Source: Guillardia theta CCMP2712
Lineage: Eukaryota; Protista; Cryptophyta
NCBI RefSeq assembly: GCF_000315625.1
Contig: NW_005434631.1
Span: 379,891 to 443,890, forward strand
Direction of reading: 5' to 3'
DNA: 64,000 nt
Shown: piece by piece, positions 16,215-27,899 of the stretch
How positions within the stretch are numbered: the stretch's first letter is position 1
Layout: every line of letters begins with the position of its first letter
Notes under the pieces: model-generated
Databases searched by the model: none
What the model was told of the DNA's origin: nothing
What the model saw: only the letters and a program-made list of their open reading frames with translations
Translations under genes and position numbers: made by a program

Positions 16215-17308
16215 GCTGGAAATGACGAACCGTGGGAGGACGACACCCAGGGGTGGTGTCAAAGATACAAATTGTAGGTAGGGGTTAGTGTAGGGCGCAA
16301 AGATAAGGGGTGATATTTCCATAACAAATGGAGGTAGGGGTGGTCTATGAAGGGGTAGGGTAACACCAATAAATTCTATCGAATATAGGAAAAGGGGTGG
16401 GGGTGGATGTAGGCAAGGAAAAAGTACCCCTACCCCTATTGCACAGGAAGAAGCAGATAGAATGCAGGGGTACTTGAGTAGAAGATGATCTATATTTTCA
16501 GTCAATGAATTTTGTGGATGGTTTGTTTTTAAAACTGCAATAATAAACTCCAATAAAGTTTTATCCCCGCATCTTATATTATTTTATTGATGAAAGCGCT
16601 ATGCGGGTGCAAGGGGGGGAGGGGAAGCGAGGGAATGAAGGAAGGGAAGAAGAGAATGATTTGAACCACAACATGAAAAATGCAGCGGCAAAGGACATTA
16701 CAAAAAAATCGACACAGATACTGAGATGAAATCAATAAGAAGAGAGCAAAGCATGAGAGGAGACAAGACAGCGAGAAGGGAGGCAGGTACGATGAGACGC
16801 AAGTGTGGAATGGGCGGACAAGGTGATACGGAGACTGAACATTTACATGATCTAGTTCTGTTTTTCAGCCATCTTGTTTCACACTTGCTTATCCCAAAAT
16901 CATTGCTGCTATATCCACACATCCATTCATCGTTTGAGTCACCCATAAATACTCAGCAATGATGGGATTTAGATTTTCCTTCAAAACAATCTGAAAGACT
17001 GCATTTCAAAATACATGGATTGTTAAATGATGGTAGTCATGGATTCATCTTGCCCATCCAACGAATCATGTCTTCCACTGATGAGAAGCTCAATTGAACA
17101 TGCAACTTTCGAATTTATGCCATGCTAAGGAGCCTGTTGTGGTGGCAGCAGTAAAACCATAACATCATCTATCCTATCTGCGGTCTTCGAGATTCTAACC
17201 TGCGAGCTCCCAGTCATTCCTCCTGGTTGGCTTCGCCTTCACACTTTCCCTGCCCGCAAGAAGCATCAGGGATATATCAACTCCACGGAACTCAGTCTCA
17301 CGTGATGT

Positions 17309-17380
17309 GGGGCAGTAGCGCAGTGGTAGCGCGTCCGCTTTGCATGCGGAAGGCCCCGGGTTCGATCCCCGGCTGCTCCA
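17309..17380 (+). tRNA. tRNA-Ala (TGC)
   Basis: GGGGCAG/CTGCTCC acceptor stem with G3:U70, anticodon arm TCCGC-TTTGCAT-GCGGA, GTTCGATCC T-loop, TTTT terminator just downstream. Confidence 0.97.
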
Positions 17381-17674
17381 CCTTTTAAACCTCCGGTAGG
17401 GCTTTTACAAGGTTTTTTGTTTCTTATTTTATTTCTTTTTTTTTCCGAGGTTCTAGGTTTTTACTCCTAGGCTAGCCTCTTTACTCCCGCTGACCGTGAC
17501 CGAGACTCATCCCGCATCAACAGCCGCGGGGTGGGTAGGGTAGGTAGTGACTAGGGGTGGTCCTGGTTACTGCCGGTACCAGTCGCCGTGACGGTGACGA
17601 TTGCTGCGGGAAGTGTTGGGCTGCAGAGGGGGTGGGTTACAGGACTCAAGCCTGGTCAGCCTCTGGTCAGTGGT

Positions 17675-17792
17675 TAGGGGGTAGGGGTAAGCAGGGTAGG
17701 GGAAGGGGTAGGGGTAAGCAGGCTAGGGGAAGGGGTAGGGGGTAGGGGCGGCCCGGGTAGGGGGTAGGGGGTAGGGGGTAGGGGGTAGGGGG
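17675..17792 (+). repeat. G-rich (TAGGGG[G])n tract, predicted G-quadruplex former
   Basis: More than 15 G3-G5 runs, ending in five TAGGGGG units. Confidence 0.8.
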
Positions 17793-18240
17793 TGTCAAAT
17801 CTGCCACAGTCGTTTTATGATTCCGGCGAATGACCGTCGGTCGGTACTAACCACCGACCACCGGTCATGTGGCCCAGCCTTGTGATGGCGCAGCACCGGG
17901 GTAGTCTGCAAAATATCTCCGCCACCCACTGGGGATCTTTCAATGAGGAATGGGGGTTGCTAACCGGGGTAGGGTACCGGGTGGCCGGGCCCTGGGCGGT
18001 GCAGTGACCCCGTTGACAGAGCCTCCGTGGTCGGAAGCGACTCGCTGAGGTGACCGGGTGGAGGATGAGTATGATGACCGGGTGGGTCAACACTGACAGC
18101 ACCCTTTGAGCTTGTCAAGTTGAGTTAAGGATGGTAGGGTGGGGTGGTGGCGCCGTTCTAGGGCCATGGGGTGGTGGGGTACGTCTGGCCGAGTCCATGA
18201 TAATCTGAGTGGATACGCACAAGCCAGTGTGAGAAGAAGC

Positions 18241-19276
18241 ATGTCGAGGCGAACAGTCAAGGTGTGCGTACCTGAATCAGAGCTCAAGAACAAGAACAGC
18301 AACAAGGAGATCAGGTCAGATATGCTGAAGACGCAGGAACAGAGTTTCATAGCTGTCTCAAACTTGTCGAACTCGTCGAATATTTCAACTTTCACTGCTG
18401 AAACCTCAAATTTTGAATCCTTCTCTTCTCCCTCACTTTCACCATCTTCTGCTAAAACCTTGAAAAAACATTGTCATCACCATATAAATTCTGCAGAAAT
18501 GGAGGTAGATCACAGTGGACAAACTTATGCACGACTGTGCTCCACATGCCTTATCCCTAATCCTTGCAAAGTCTCCAGAGATCAGATGAATGTTTTGAGG
18601 AGAAATTCCTTCTGTGCCTCGGCAACCTTGGTTCGATTGGAACTGTTTGAAGACAGCAATGACAAACGTGAGCAAGCAAGCTCCATCGCTTACAGACCAG
18701 TTGTGAATCGAAGCTACTCCATCACTGTGATTCCACAAGCACACGAACCACGCAGCATCTTTTCAGTGAATAAAAAGGATCGGGGGAACCTCGTAAAGAG
18801 CAAGTGCGCTGAGTCAAAGAGAAGTTTGGAGGTAAGTCAGCTTGGTAAGTTAGCATGTTGGCGTGACTGCGCCTCAGATTGTGGTTCTCATTCATAGCCA
18901 GACCATCTCCGATCAGGTGAGGCACTTGGTGTGCATACAGCCACACCAGAGAGTGAGGGATCTATGCGGCGACCTTGCCCATCAAATCATCTCACAAGGA
19001 CATCACAACCCAGTTACCGACATCCCTGATCATGGTATGACCACCGACTTCATACTCTTGCCCTCACGCAAATGCATGGACAAACCTCTCAATTGCAAGT
19101 TGAACATGGATCTACCAATGAGTGCAATCATGAAGGAATTAGGTTACCAAGCGAAGCAAGAGCGAATAACCTTGCATGCTTACAAACCTCAAGATCAATC
19201 GCAGTGGTCTCAGATCTTTGGCAATATGAGTTCCAAATCTAAACGAGATTCACTCGAGGATATATTTGAAACCTAA
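18241..19276 (+). CDS. Hypothetical protein, two exons
   Basis: Two long ORFs joined by a ~47-nt GTAAG...CAG intron at ~18832-18878; no recognisable family. Confidence 0.55.
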
Positions 19277-19411
19277 AACGAATCAAGATGATTCACATGA
19301 TGTCAGCATATCTTTGTTAATGTTGATTGAGGCGAAATGCAGCTTGTCCTTTGTGAATAGTGCAAAATGTAGATAGATATTCTTAATCGCTGCCTGGCTG
19401 TCTTTTATTTT

Positions 19412-20833
19412 TTATGGATGAATGCTTACAATGAAAATTGTAACCAGGATTGCGACACTAGTGTTGCCTAAGCTGCTATTTGTTCTTCGTTTCCCTGGGA
19501 GTTTGACTCTTAAGCTCCTCCACGCCATAGTCAGCAAGAAAGTCTCAAGAACAAGATCAGAAGATACATGTCGAGAGGTCAACGAGCTGAGGTAAGGATC
19601 GATTATGTGGCGATTGTTTCTGTAGATGGACGGACAGGTCATAATCCCGAGGAAAACTGCAAATCCAAATGTGAGAAAGCCAGTCACACGTCAGAGATGA
19701 AACGAGAACGACAAATCATTAACAGTAGCTATGATACAGAAAGCGAGATGTTGGAAGCGAAAGATTATTCCACACGATTGAATCTCAGCATTTCTGCACT
19801 TTCACACTGTTGTACTAACCAAGAAGAAGAAGCGTCGAATCGCTGAAAATTATTCCAGCAAGAAGTCCCACAGAATATATCCCAACAATCTGAATCATCC
19901 ACACGTTAATTTCATATGAAAAAGGCTCTTTGATGACACCTGCCCTATCTTTGTGTAATCCATGCCATCTATCTGCTCCTGGTACCATTCCGACAGTTGG
20001 TTGACAACAGCTACAACGCTCTTGGTGTACTCAGCGATCACAGAAGCATTCATTTGAAACCTTCATGGCAGAAACTCTAGTCATGCACACACCAAAGTCA
20101 AAACGTGTCAAACTTACACGACATTCCCGACTTCTCCTTTTCCATCCTTGCGATACAACTTTACTGCCAAAGATGCACACAGATGCAAAAATCCTCCGAT
20201 AGACAGAAGTGAGATCAAGCTCCATCCTCGGACCGTTATGAAGTAGTAGGAGCTCAACCCTGCGAACATGACGACCGATGACTTCTTCCATTCTTGCCAC
20301 AAAGCTATCTTGGCCACTGCAAATCGAAAACACACGCCCGTCACAGAAGATATTTTTTCATCCCTCTCAATAGCACCTTCTTCCCACAGCCTGCCAACCA
20401 CGTCAGCAGTATTACATACACTCTGTTCCTACCTATTTTCTTTCACAATCGCTGAGGGAACCTTCTGCCATTTCTCCCCACCCAGCGGTTCGTCATGTAG
20501 ATCATCCTGACGACAAGATGGAGTGCGAATCAGCCACAGGCTCACGCTTCCTCTCATAGCTCCTCCGATCTTCTCTTTATATTACTATGAAGCGTTTATC
20601 CCAAACACTTTCAAAACACGGATCCAACATGAAATCCTGGCTGCATCAAATGAAATTTCGTACGCGAGGGCAGCTAAAATATTTTTCTTAATTTTTCGTG
20701 TCTTGTCACAACATTTAAAAGGATGTGTCAACAAGAAGCAAGTCTTTGCTCTGTTGCTCTCTTCTTGACTCACAGGCTTCTCTTGCTCTATGTCCTGCAT
20801 GTTGGTCATCGCCGCTTCACTCACCTCAGCCAT
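19412..20833 (-). CDS. Reticulon-like membrane protein, multi-exon
   Basis: LWQEWKKSSVVMFAGLSSYYFITVRGWSLISLLS and a later exon FAVFLGIMTCPSIYRNNRHIID resemble the two ends of the reticulon homology domain. Ends approximate. Confidence 0.65.
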
Positions 20834-21159
20834 TGCAGCGAACTTTCGGTGACCAGTACCTCATTTCCGGATGTCATGTACCCTCCCAATCTACTATGAA
20901 CACCCACCCATATCCCACAAAGCAAAAGTACCCCACCCCCCCCTTAAACCCCGACCTCCCAAGCTCTCTAGCAAGCTCAATGCCATGCAACAACGGGGCG
21001 GGCACGGGTTGCCATCACCGGGTCGGGCCCGGCCACCGGCCGGTCGCGGACTAGTGCGGTAGGTCCCGAGGAGACCTGATCTGATAAGAGGCTTCACTGA
21101 GTCATGCTGTCGCTGCCGCAGTGCGCATGGCAGGCCAGTGCTGAGGATGAGCGGCAGTG

Positions 21160-21220
21160 AGAGGAGGAGGAGGAGGAGGAATGGAAATGATGATGATGAT
21201 GATGACGACGACGACAGTCG

Positions 21221-21294
<74 letters not shown>

Positions 21295-21357
21295 TGATGA
21301 TGATGATGATGATGATGATGGTGATGATGATGGTGATGATGACGATGGTGATGATGG

Positions 21358-21395
<38 letters not shown>

Positions 21396-21410
21396 GTGAT
21401 GTTCATGTCA
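21160..21410. repeat. Compound (GAG)/(GAT)/(GAC)n microsatellite
   Basis: Directly visible. Confidence 0.9.
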
Positions 21411-21564
21411 TCATAGGCCGGGCTAGAGAGCAGTTGAAGGCGCTTGGAGGAAGGAAGGACTTTACCGTCGGCGGTTCAAGTCACTTGATCTGACAATTGA
21501 CACGTCTCAGGTTCAAGCAGGACTCGTTGAGGCGCTAGGCTGAAACTCCTCCATCTGCTCACTC

Positions 21565-22623
21565 ATGCTTTCAAAAAGCGTTGACAACTCACATGGGACA
21601 GAAGAAATCGAACCCTATGACGATGTAGATACAGGGATTGAGAATCTTGACCTCAATGACAAAGGGAAGATGAATAGCAATACAGATAGTGCTGATGAGA
21701 CGAAACAAGCAGCGGAGAAGGAATCAAGTTTACAACCAGAAAGGATCTTGTATAAATGTACCATGTCTACAGATCCTTACGTTTGTATCATTCAAAACTT
21801 CCTGGATTTCGATGAGGTAGACCAGCTGTTGTCTTTGACTCAAGGTAACTCCTCTTGTCTGCTTCTCGACCAGCTCAAATTCTTGTCCCCTCCAGGCAAA
21901 TTCCTTCCCTCCTACAACGGACGAGGATCGAGTATGGACATGTTGAAAGCTGACAACCCGTTCGACCACCTTCAACTAGAAGTCTCGGCCAACAGGACGT
22001 GCTTCTCCTGCACTCTCGATCCCTCCAGCCACCCAGTGGCCCTCCGAGTGACCCAAAGACTTGCCTTCCTCGCCGAGTGCAGCGAGTCCCATATCGAGTG
22101 TCTCAACATCCTCAGGTATCAACCAGGACAGCACCACAAGCTCCATCACGACGGCTGCTTCCGTCCCAAGACAATCTTCATGTCAGCTTTGATCATGCGG
22201 TCTGAGCTCACAGAATGACGGAGATGCATAGATACCTGAATGATATCCCGAGGGGAGGGGGAGGAGAGACGAGGTGAGTGTTGTCTGACTTCGCTGAGCC
22301 TTCACAGCGATTCTTATCTCATCTGAGCGATTGAGCATGAGGCTCAGGTTCCCTCACCTCGGCTATCGCTTCGTCCCGACCAAGGGGATGGTAATATCGC
22401 AGAGAACTGTTTGCCTCTGAATGACCAGCCACATGCAGGCTATCATGTGGAGGAACACTCTGCCGGATGGCAACGCTGACTTGCGCATGATGCACGAAGC
22501 GTTGCCTCCAGTATCACAAGTGAAGTTCGCCATCAACTGCTTCGTCAACAAGAAGCCGACGTCCTACTCCTCTTGCAATAAGCCAGAGACGTGCAGCATC
22601 TGCCAAGAGTTTGGGGCAGCTTG
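21565..22623 (+). CDS. Prolyl 4-hydroxylase-like 2OG-Fe(II) oxygenase, multi-exon
   Basis: DPYVCIIQNFL, LNILRYQPGQHHKLHHDG (HxD), YLND..GGGET, MHEALPPV..KFAIN. Confidence 0.88.
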
Positions 22624-22677
22624 AGATGATCAATGAATTCATTTCACTGGAACTGTGATGGCTTTCTAATTTACACG

Positions 22678-23302
22678 CTAAGATGCTCCTCCTGATGTGA
22701 CAGAGTGCTGCTTCTCATCGTCTGCTGTCGCGGCGCTCTGCTTCACCTTCTTAACCCTCGGAAGTTTCGTCCCAAGCACTCTGCGACAGGTCAGCTGCTG
22801 AGCATGTTCGTGAGCCTTCACCTCTCCATCTTGGCTATGAGCGCATTGTTAGGAACAGCCTTCCCATTCTCATACCACTGGATCGTTTGCACCTAGACTA
22901 GAGTGAGCAGCGTCCGGCAAGAGCCTGCTGCTCTACCGATTCGTTGAGAGCCTGCGCCAAATCTTTCTGGGTCATCTTCTTGGCCTGACGAGCCTTCATG
23001 ATGGCCGTCTTGATCTCGTGGCTCACTTCTGTGGGGCTCTCTTTCGCAGCATCTCCTTGCTTCGGCTTCGACTGCGAGCTCTCTACGGGTCTCGGCTTGC
23101 GGATGATGACGGGCTTGGTGTCTTGACCTGACAAGTAGGACCCTCCTCGCAACCTCAGGCATGCCGCTGCTCTCTCCTGTGTTCGCCTGTCACAACCACA
23201 CTCTTGTCTCCTTGTGTTCCAATCCCTGCCAAGAGCAGATGAGGAAGCGTCCGAGAGAAAGAGAAGTAAAAGAAGCACACAAGCCTCTTTCAGCGGCAAC
23301 AT
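22678..23302 (-). CDS. MBF1: Multiprotein bridging factor 1 with N-terminal signal peptide and LRLRGG
   Basis: GQDTKPVIIRK, IMKARQAKKMTQKDLAQALNE, then spliced exons VQTIQWYENGKAVPNNALIAKMERVLGTKL (HTH). Three exons. Confidence 0.9.
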
Positions 23303-23789
23303 GCCCGTAATGTATTAAAAGCTGCCGGCAATGTCAATGTTGCAGACATCAGTTTCAACAAACACCAGTTCTTTCTTCTCTATTTCTCTTCCTCCCAACC
23401 CTCTTACTGAGACACGCCTTGCCTTCCATACACGTACTCTTTGCCTATACGCGCTCACATTCGCTTGGATTCATATCCTGTATTGCCTTGCCAATCTTTG
23501 TATTCCTCTTCCGGCCCCTCCCTTCCGTTCCGTTCCCTTCATTTGAACACATTTCTACTTGGCTCGCATTAACCATGGTCTCCCATTCTTCTTCTTCGTC
23601 TTCTTCTTCTTCTCACATCATTTTCTTCTTCTCACGGGATCACTCGTCAATGACCCTCCCTGCTCTCTTCCCCCGCAGTTGCAGATGCCATTGTTCGTGC
23701 CCGCATCCCCGCCATCGCTGCTAGCCCTCATCCCCACTCTGATCCAAGCGGGTGACGTAGCCGCTCCTCGGGGACTCCAAAAATGATGG

Positions 23790-23985
23790 GAGACAAGGGG
23801 AGAGGAGAGGAGAGGAGAGGAGAGGAGAGGAGAGGAGAGGAGAGGAGACGAGACGAGAGGAGACGAGAGGAGACGAGAGGAGACGAGAGGAGACGAGAGG
23901 AGACGAGACGAGAGGAGAGGAGAGGAGAGGAGAAGAGAAGAGAGGAGCGGAGCGGAGGGGAGGGGAGAGGAGAGGAGAGGAGAAC
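23790..23985. repeat. (GAGAG/GAGAC)n purine-rich microsatellite
   Basis: Directly visible in the divergent intergenic region. Confidence 0.9.
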
Positions 23986-24250
23986 AGATTACAAGACAAC
24001 ACAAGACAACACAAGTGCAGAGAGGAGAAGAGAAGTGCAGTGCAGAGGGAGAGGGAAGTGAGATGAGGTGAGGAAAGAGAACAGGCATTGAGACGAGAAA
24101 TTGATTTATGATGATAAGAGAAGGAATGAAAGGGGAGAGCTGTCCGACAATACAATGAGCATTGAAGTAAAATTTTGGAGTTGCAGGTTGTCGGACAGCG
24201 AGGAGAGGGCAAGAGAGCAGAACAAAAATCGGCAAAGAAGGACTGCCACC

Positions 24251-25767
24251 ATGAGTGGTTTCTTACAAGGGTTGAAGTCTGTAGACTTCTACAGGTGCTT
24301 CCAGCCTTGCCCTCCAGCTCGCTGACCGGTAACTTACAGAAAGCTGAAGAGAGACCTTCAACAAGAGCTCACCGAAGCCTCAGTGTCTGGAGCTGCGCTC
24401 AGCATCATAGCTGCCGTCATCATGATCGGGCTGGTGGCTGCTGAGCTGACGGCCTACCTGACGGTCCAGTCGGAGTCGCGGGTGGTGCTGGATCACTTTG
24501 AGAGCTCGTCGGACGATACGCTGCAGGTGAACTTCAACTTCACCTTCCCCCATCTCAAGTGCGACTACGCGAGCGTAGACGCAACCAACTTCATGGGCAC
24601 GCATGACGCAGGGCTCGCGGCTCGAGTCAGCAAGATAAGACTGGATAAGAACGGGAATTTGGTGGGGCGACATGACGACAACAAGAAGGAACTTCGACAC
24701 ACCACGGATGAGGTTCACGATGGTCCTGAGACCTCCATCGCTCTCACCACCGACAACTTTGAGGCCAGTCATCACAAGTACGCCATCATGATCGTCAACT
24801 TCTACGCCCCTTGGTGTCACTGGTGTCAACGACTCGCTCCTGTCTGGGAGAAATCCGCCGCTACCATCGCGCAGAAATTCCCAGGCGACGAGAGGATCAT
24901 CCTTGCTAAGGTTGATTGCACACACCAGTCGTCGGAGGCCTTGTGCATCAAGTATCGCATCGATGCCTTCCCTACCATCCTCGTCTTTCGAAAGGACGAC
25001 AAGGGCGACTCACAGCACGAGTCCTACCATGGCGAGCGCTCGGTGCCGGCGATCACACAGTGGGCGGAGCATTTCATGTCACAGCTGAACAACGAGGTGC
25101 CGAAGAGCAGGACGGTGGACGCGAACAAGGATGGTGTTGTTGACTCGCATAACGGAGTGGGATGCATGGTCTCTGGTCTCCTTCACGTCCAGCGAGCGCC
25201 AGGAATGCTCAAGGTGCAGGCTGTGTCGGATAGCCATGAGTTCAACTGGGAGACGATGGACGTGTCGCACACCGTCAACCACCTCTCCTTCGGTCCCTTC
25301 CTGTCTGAGACGGCGTGGATGGTCCTCCCCCCCCACATAGCTGCCTCCGTCGGCTCTCTTGACGATCGCTCCTTCACCTCCGACCAGCACGTGCCAACCA
25401 CGCACGAGCACTATGTGAAGGTGGTGAGACACGAGGTGACGCCTCCCTCTAGCTGGAAAGTAGCTCAGATCACGAGCTACGGCTACGTCGTTCACTCCAA
25501 CAACATTCAAAAGGCTGGCGAAGTGCCGACAGTGAGGATCAATTATGACATTCTCCCCATCATCGTTCAGTTCCATGAGAAGAAGCAAGCCTTCTACCAT
25601 TTCGTCACAAACCTCTGCGCCATTGTCGGCGGAGTTTTTACTGTCGCTGGGATCATCGCGTCGTTGATGGATAAGGTGAGAGAGGGAGCAGAGGGAGAGG
25701 GAGAGTGACGAATGCGCAGAGCATCAACCTGATGCGGAAGAAGCAAGAGCTCGGAAAGTTGGGCTGA
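24251..25767 (+). CDS. Erv41/Erv46 (ERGIC)-thioredoxin hybrid, PDI-C/PDIL5-like
   Basis: LKSVDFYRK N-terminus, TM helix, NFYAPWCHWC thioredoxin motif, SHTVNHLSFG, FVTNLCAIVGGVFTV, C-terminal KQELGKLG. Three exons. Confidence 0.92.
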
Positions 25768-26032
25768 GGGACCTCAAGCGGCTCAGTGGGATGATGTAGC
25801 TTTTAGCAAACAAGCTTTGCCGTCATCTTCTGCTGACCCAGTTCTCTCGCCTTGTCATCTCAACCCAAAACACTTGCAAGCTGACGGAGAGCTCTTCATT
25901 CTTCTTCTTCTTCTTCTTCTTCTTCTTCTTCTTCTTCTTCTTCTCCCTCTATCTCCTCTCCTTCCTCCTCGCCTTCCTCCTCGCCTCTTTCATCACTCTC
26001 CTGTTCCTGCAGAGTCCGTCAGTTGCTGACAA

Positions 26033-27899
26033 TCAGAGGTGCGGGGTTTCGACCTTGCGAGAGAAGCTGTTCATCACCTTCTCCTTCATCGCCTCCACCA
26101 GCTCGGTCACCTGCACAGAAGGTACTTGAAAGTTTTGAGCTGAGGACAGCAGCGATCGACCCATCACGCGTCCCCGCCTGCTCCCCAGCTCTATCAACAT
26201 GTCAAACCAGTCGGTTGCTGCCGACATTATTTGTTGTCCGCGGTGTGCAAGCTTCTTCCACCTGTCCCCCAGCAAGGGCACCGAGTTACAGCTAAACTCC
26301 ACCAGAGCCGCGAGGTTGTCAAACCCGACGCTCATCACGTCCCCATGTGCGAGCGCCTTGAGGCCAGTCACCGGCATCACGTGATGACTTGCTCGCCGCA
26401 GGACCCGCAGGCGATCGCAGCTGAGCTGCAGCATGTCGCCCTTGTCCGTTCCCACCACCAGGAAGTTGGCAGTCACGTCAAGACTCGTCACGCGTCCTCC
26501 GGTCACCTTCACCCGCCGCTCCACTGCCAGCGCCTTGCCTTTGAGGCTGTGAAGCAGCACCAACCCTCCCGTCGGTGTGTTGATGGCGCTACACACACTC
26601 TGACCCTCATCGCAGAAGCGGCAAGCTGCAAGTTCCACTGCATTGCCCTCCATGTCCGTCATGAAATCATCGCACGACGCCTGAGCAAGGCAGGTGTGGC
26701 TGGACAAGTCCCACACGCGAATCGCCTTGTGAGAGGTGGAAACGAGCAAGGAAGATGCTTTGTTGAGCGAGAGGTCCACAATCTCCTCCTCCTCTCCGCC
26801 AGCCTTGCCTGCTCCTGCTAACGTCGACGACAGCTTGAAGGAAGATTTCCCATCTGCCCTCCTCTTGTACAAATGGATCTTCGAACCGTTGGAAACCACC
26901 AGCAAGCCCCCCTGCAATCCCACTGCCAGCCTCTTGCACGCGGACTTGTCAGTAGAATTGTTGATCTCGAGCTTCTGCGAGGACAGGGGTGTCATGCTGC
27001 TGAGTGAGAGCTCGGTGACGCTTCCTCCAGCCAGGCAGAGCATCGAGTTGCTCGTGTTGCTCATCGCCACCGCCTCAACCGCGTCTGATCCGAAGGCTGC
27101 GAAGGCCTTCACGAGCAGCTGCCCTCCATCATCCTCAATCAAGGTCGCTCTGACCATCTGCGTCAGAGCAGTAGAGAACAAGACGAGCGAACCTGTTCGG
27201 CAGCCCCTTTGCCTTATCGCCTCCTCCTCCAGCCACCACGAACCTTCCGGGACCTGCCGCCTCCACACACAAGGGAGGATAGTTGAGCTGCGTGGTGCGC
27301 ATGGGGGGGCTGATCCTCTGCTTGACGGCCTGCGAGCGGGTGAGAGGAAAGGGACTCGATCCTCATCCTCACCTGCTGCGCTCGGTTGCTCATCCAGCTG
27401 GCCATGAGCACAACTGACCCCCACTTGACGAGGCTGCTCGCCAGGTCCCATCAGACATCCTACGGCAGCAGGAGACAAGGCAAGGCACCTTAAGGTAAGA
27501 CGTCCACCCAGCAGCAGCACCTCCAGCACCCTCAGCAGACCCCCTCTCCAGAAGAGCTCCAAGTTGATCAGCCAAACCACAGCTACCATCCACCAAGTCT
27601 CCACCGCTCTAATCGCACTATCAAGCAAAGGAGGTAGAGGCTGTGCGCTGTTCGCTTCGTCTTTCATCTTGATCCATGTTGTTCTCTCGCTCCGATCCTC
27701 CTCATTTTCCTCGCCTCCTCGAAGCCGCACAGCAGCGCTCCTGCTGAAGAGCCGCTTGCGATCAAGAGCATGTAGAGAAGAAGAAGAGATCAAGGCCTGC
27801 AAGAGGTCAACTCTGGTTTGACTTCACTGCTCTCACCTCTGCGTTTGCAATGATGAATGCGCCTAAACAACAACAGAAGAGAAGATTCGAAAGAGTCAT
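26033..27899 (-). CDS. WD40-repeat protein, Sec12/PREB-like, with signal peptide and VRLRGG
   Basis: WD-like segments IVDLSLN..LVSTS..IRVWDL, VTSLDV, HVMPVTGL, VMSVGFDN. A spliced first exon gives MTLSNLLFCCCLGAFIIANAE. The Sec12 assignment is tentative. Confidence 0.65.

Noticed and set aside
16215-16553. N-terminal 113 codons of the 633-aa START ORF
   Set aside because: They fall in a GGGGTA-skewed intergenic-type block and begin at a non-ATG start; probably fortuitously open.
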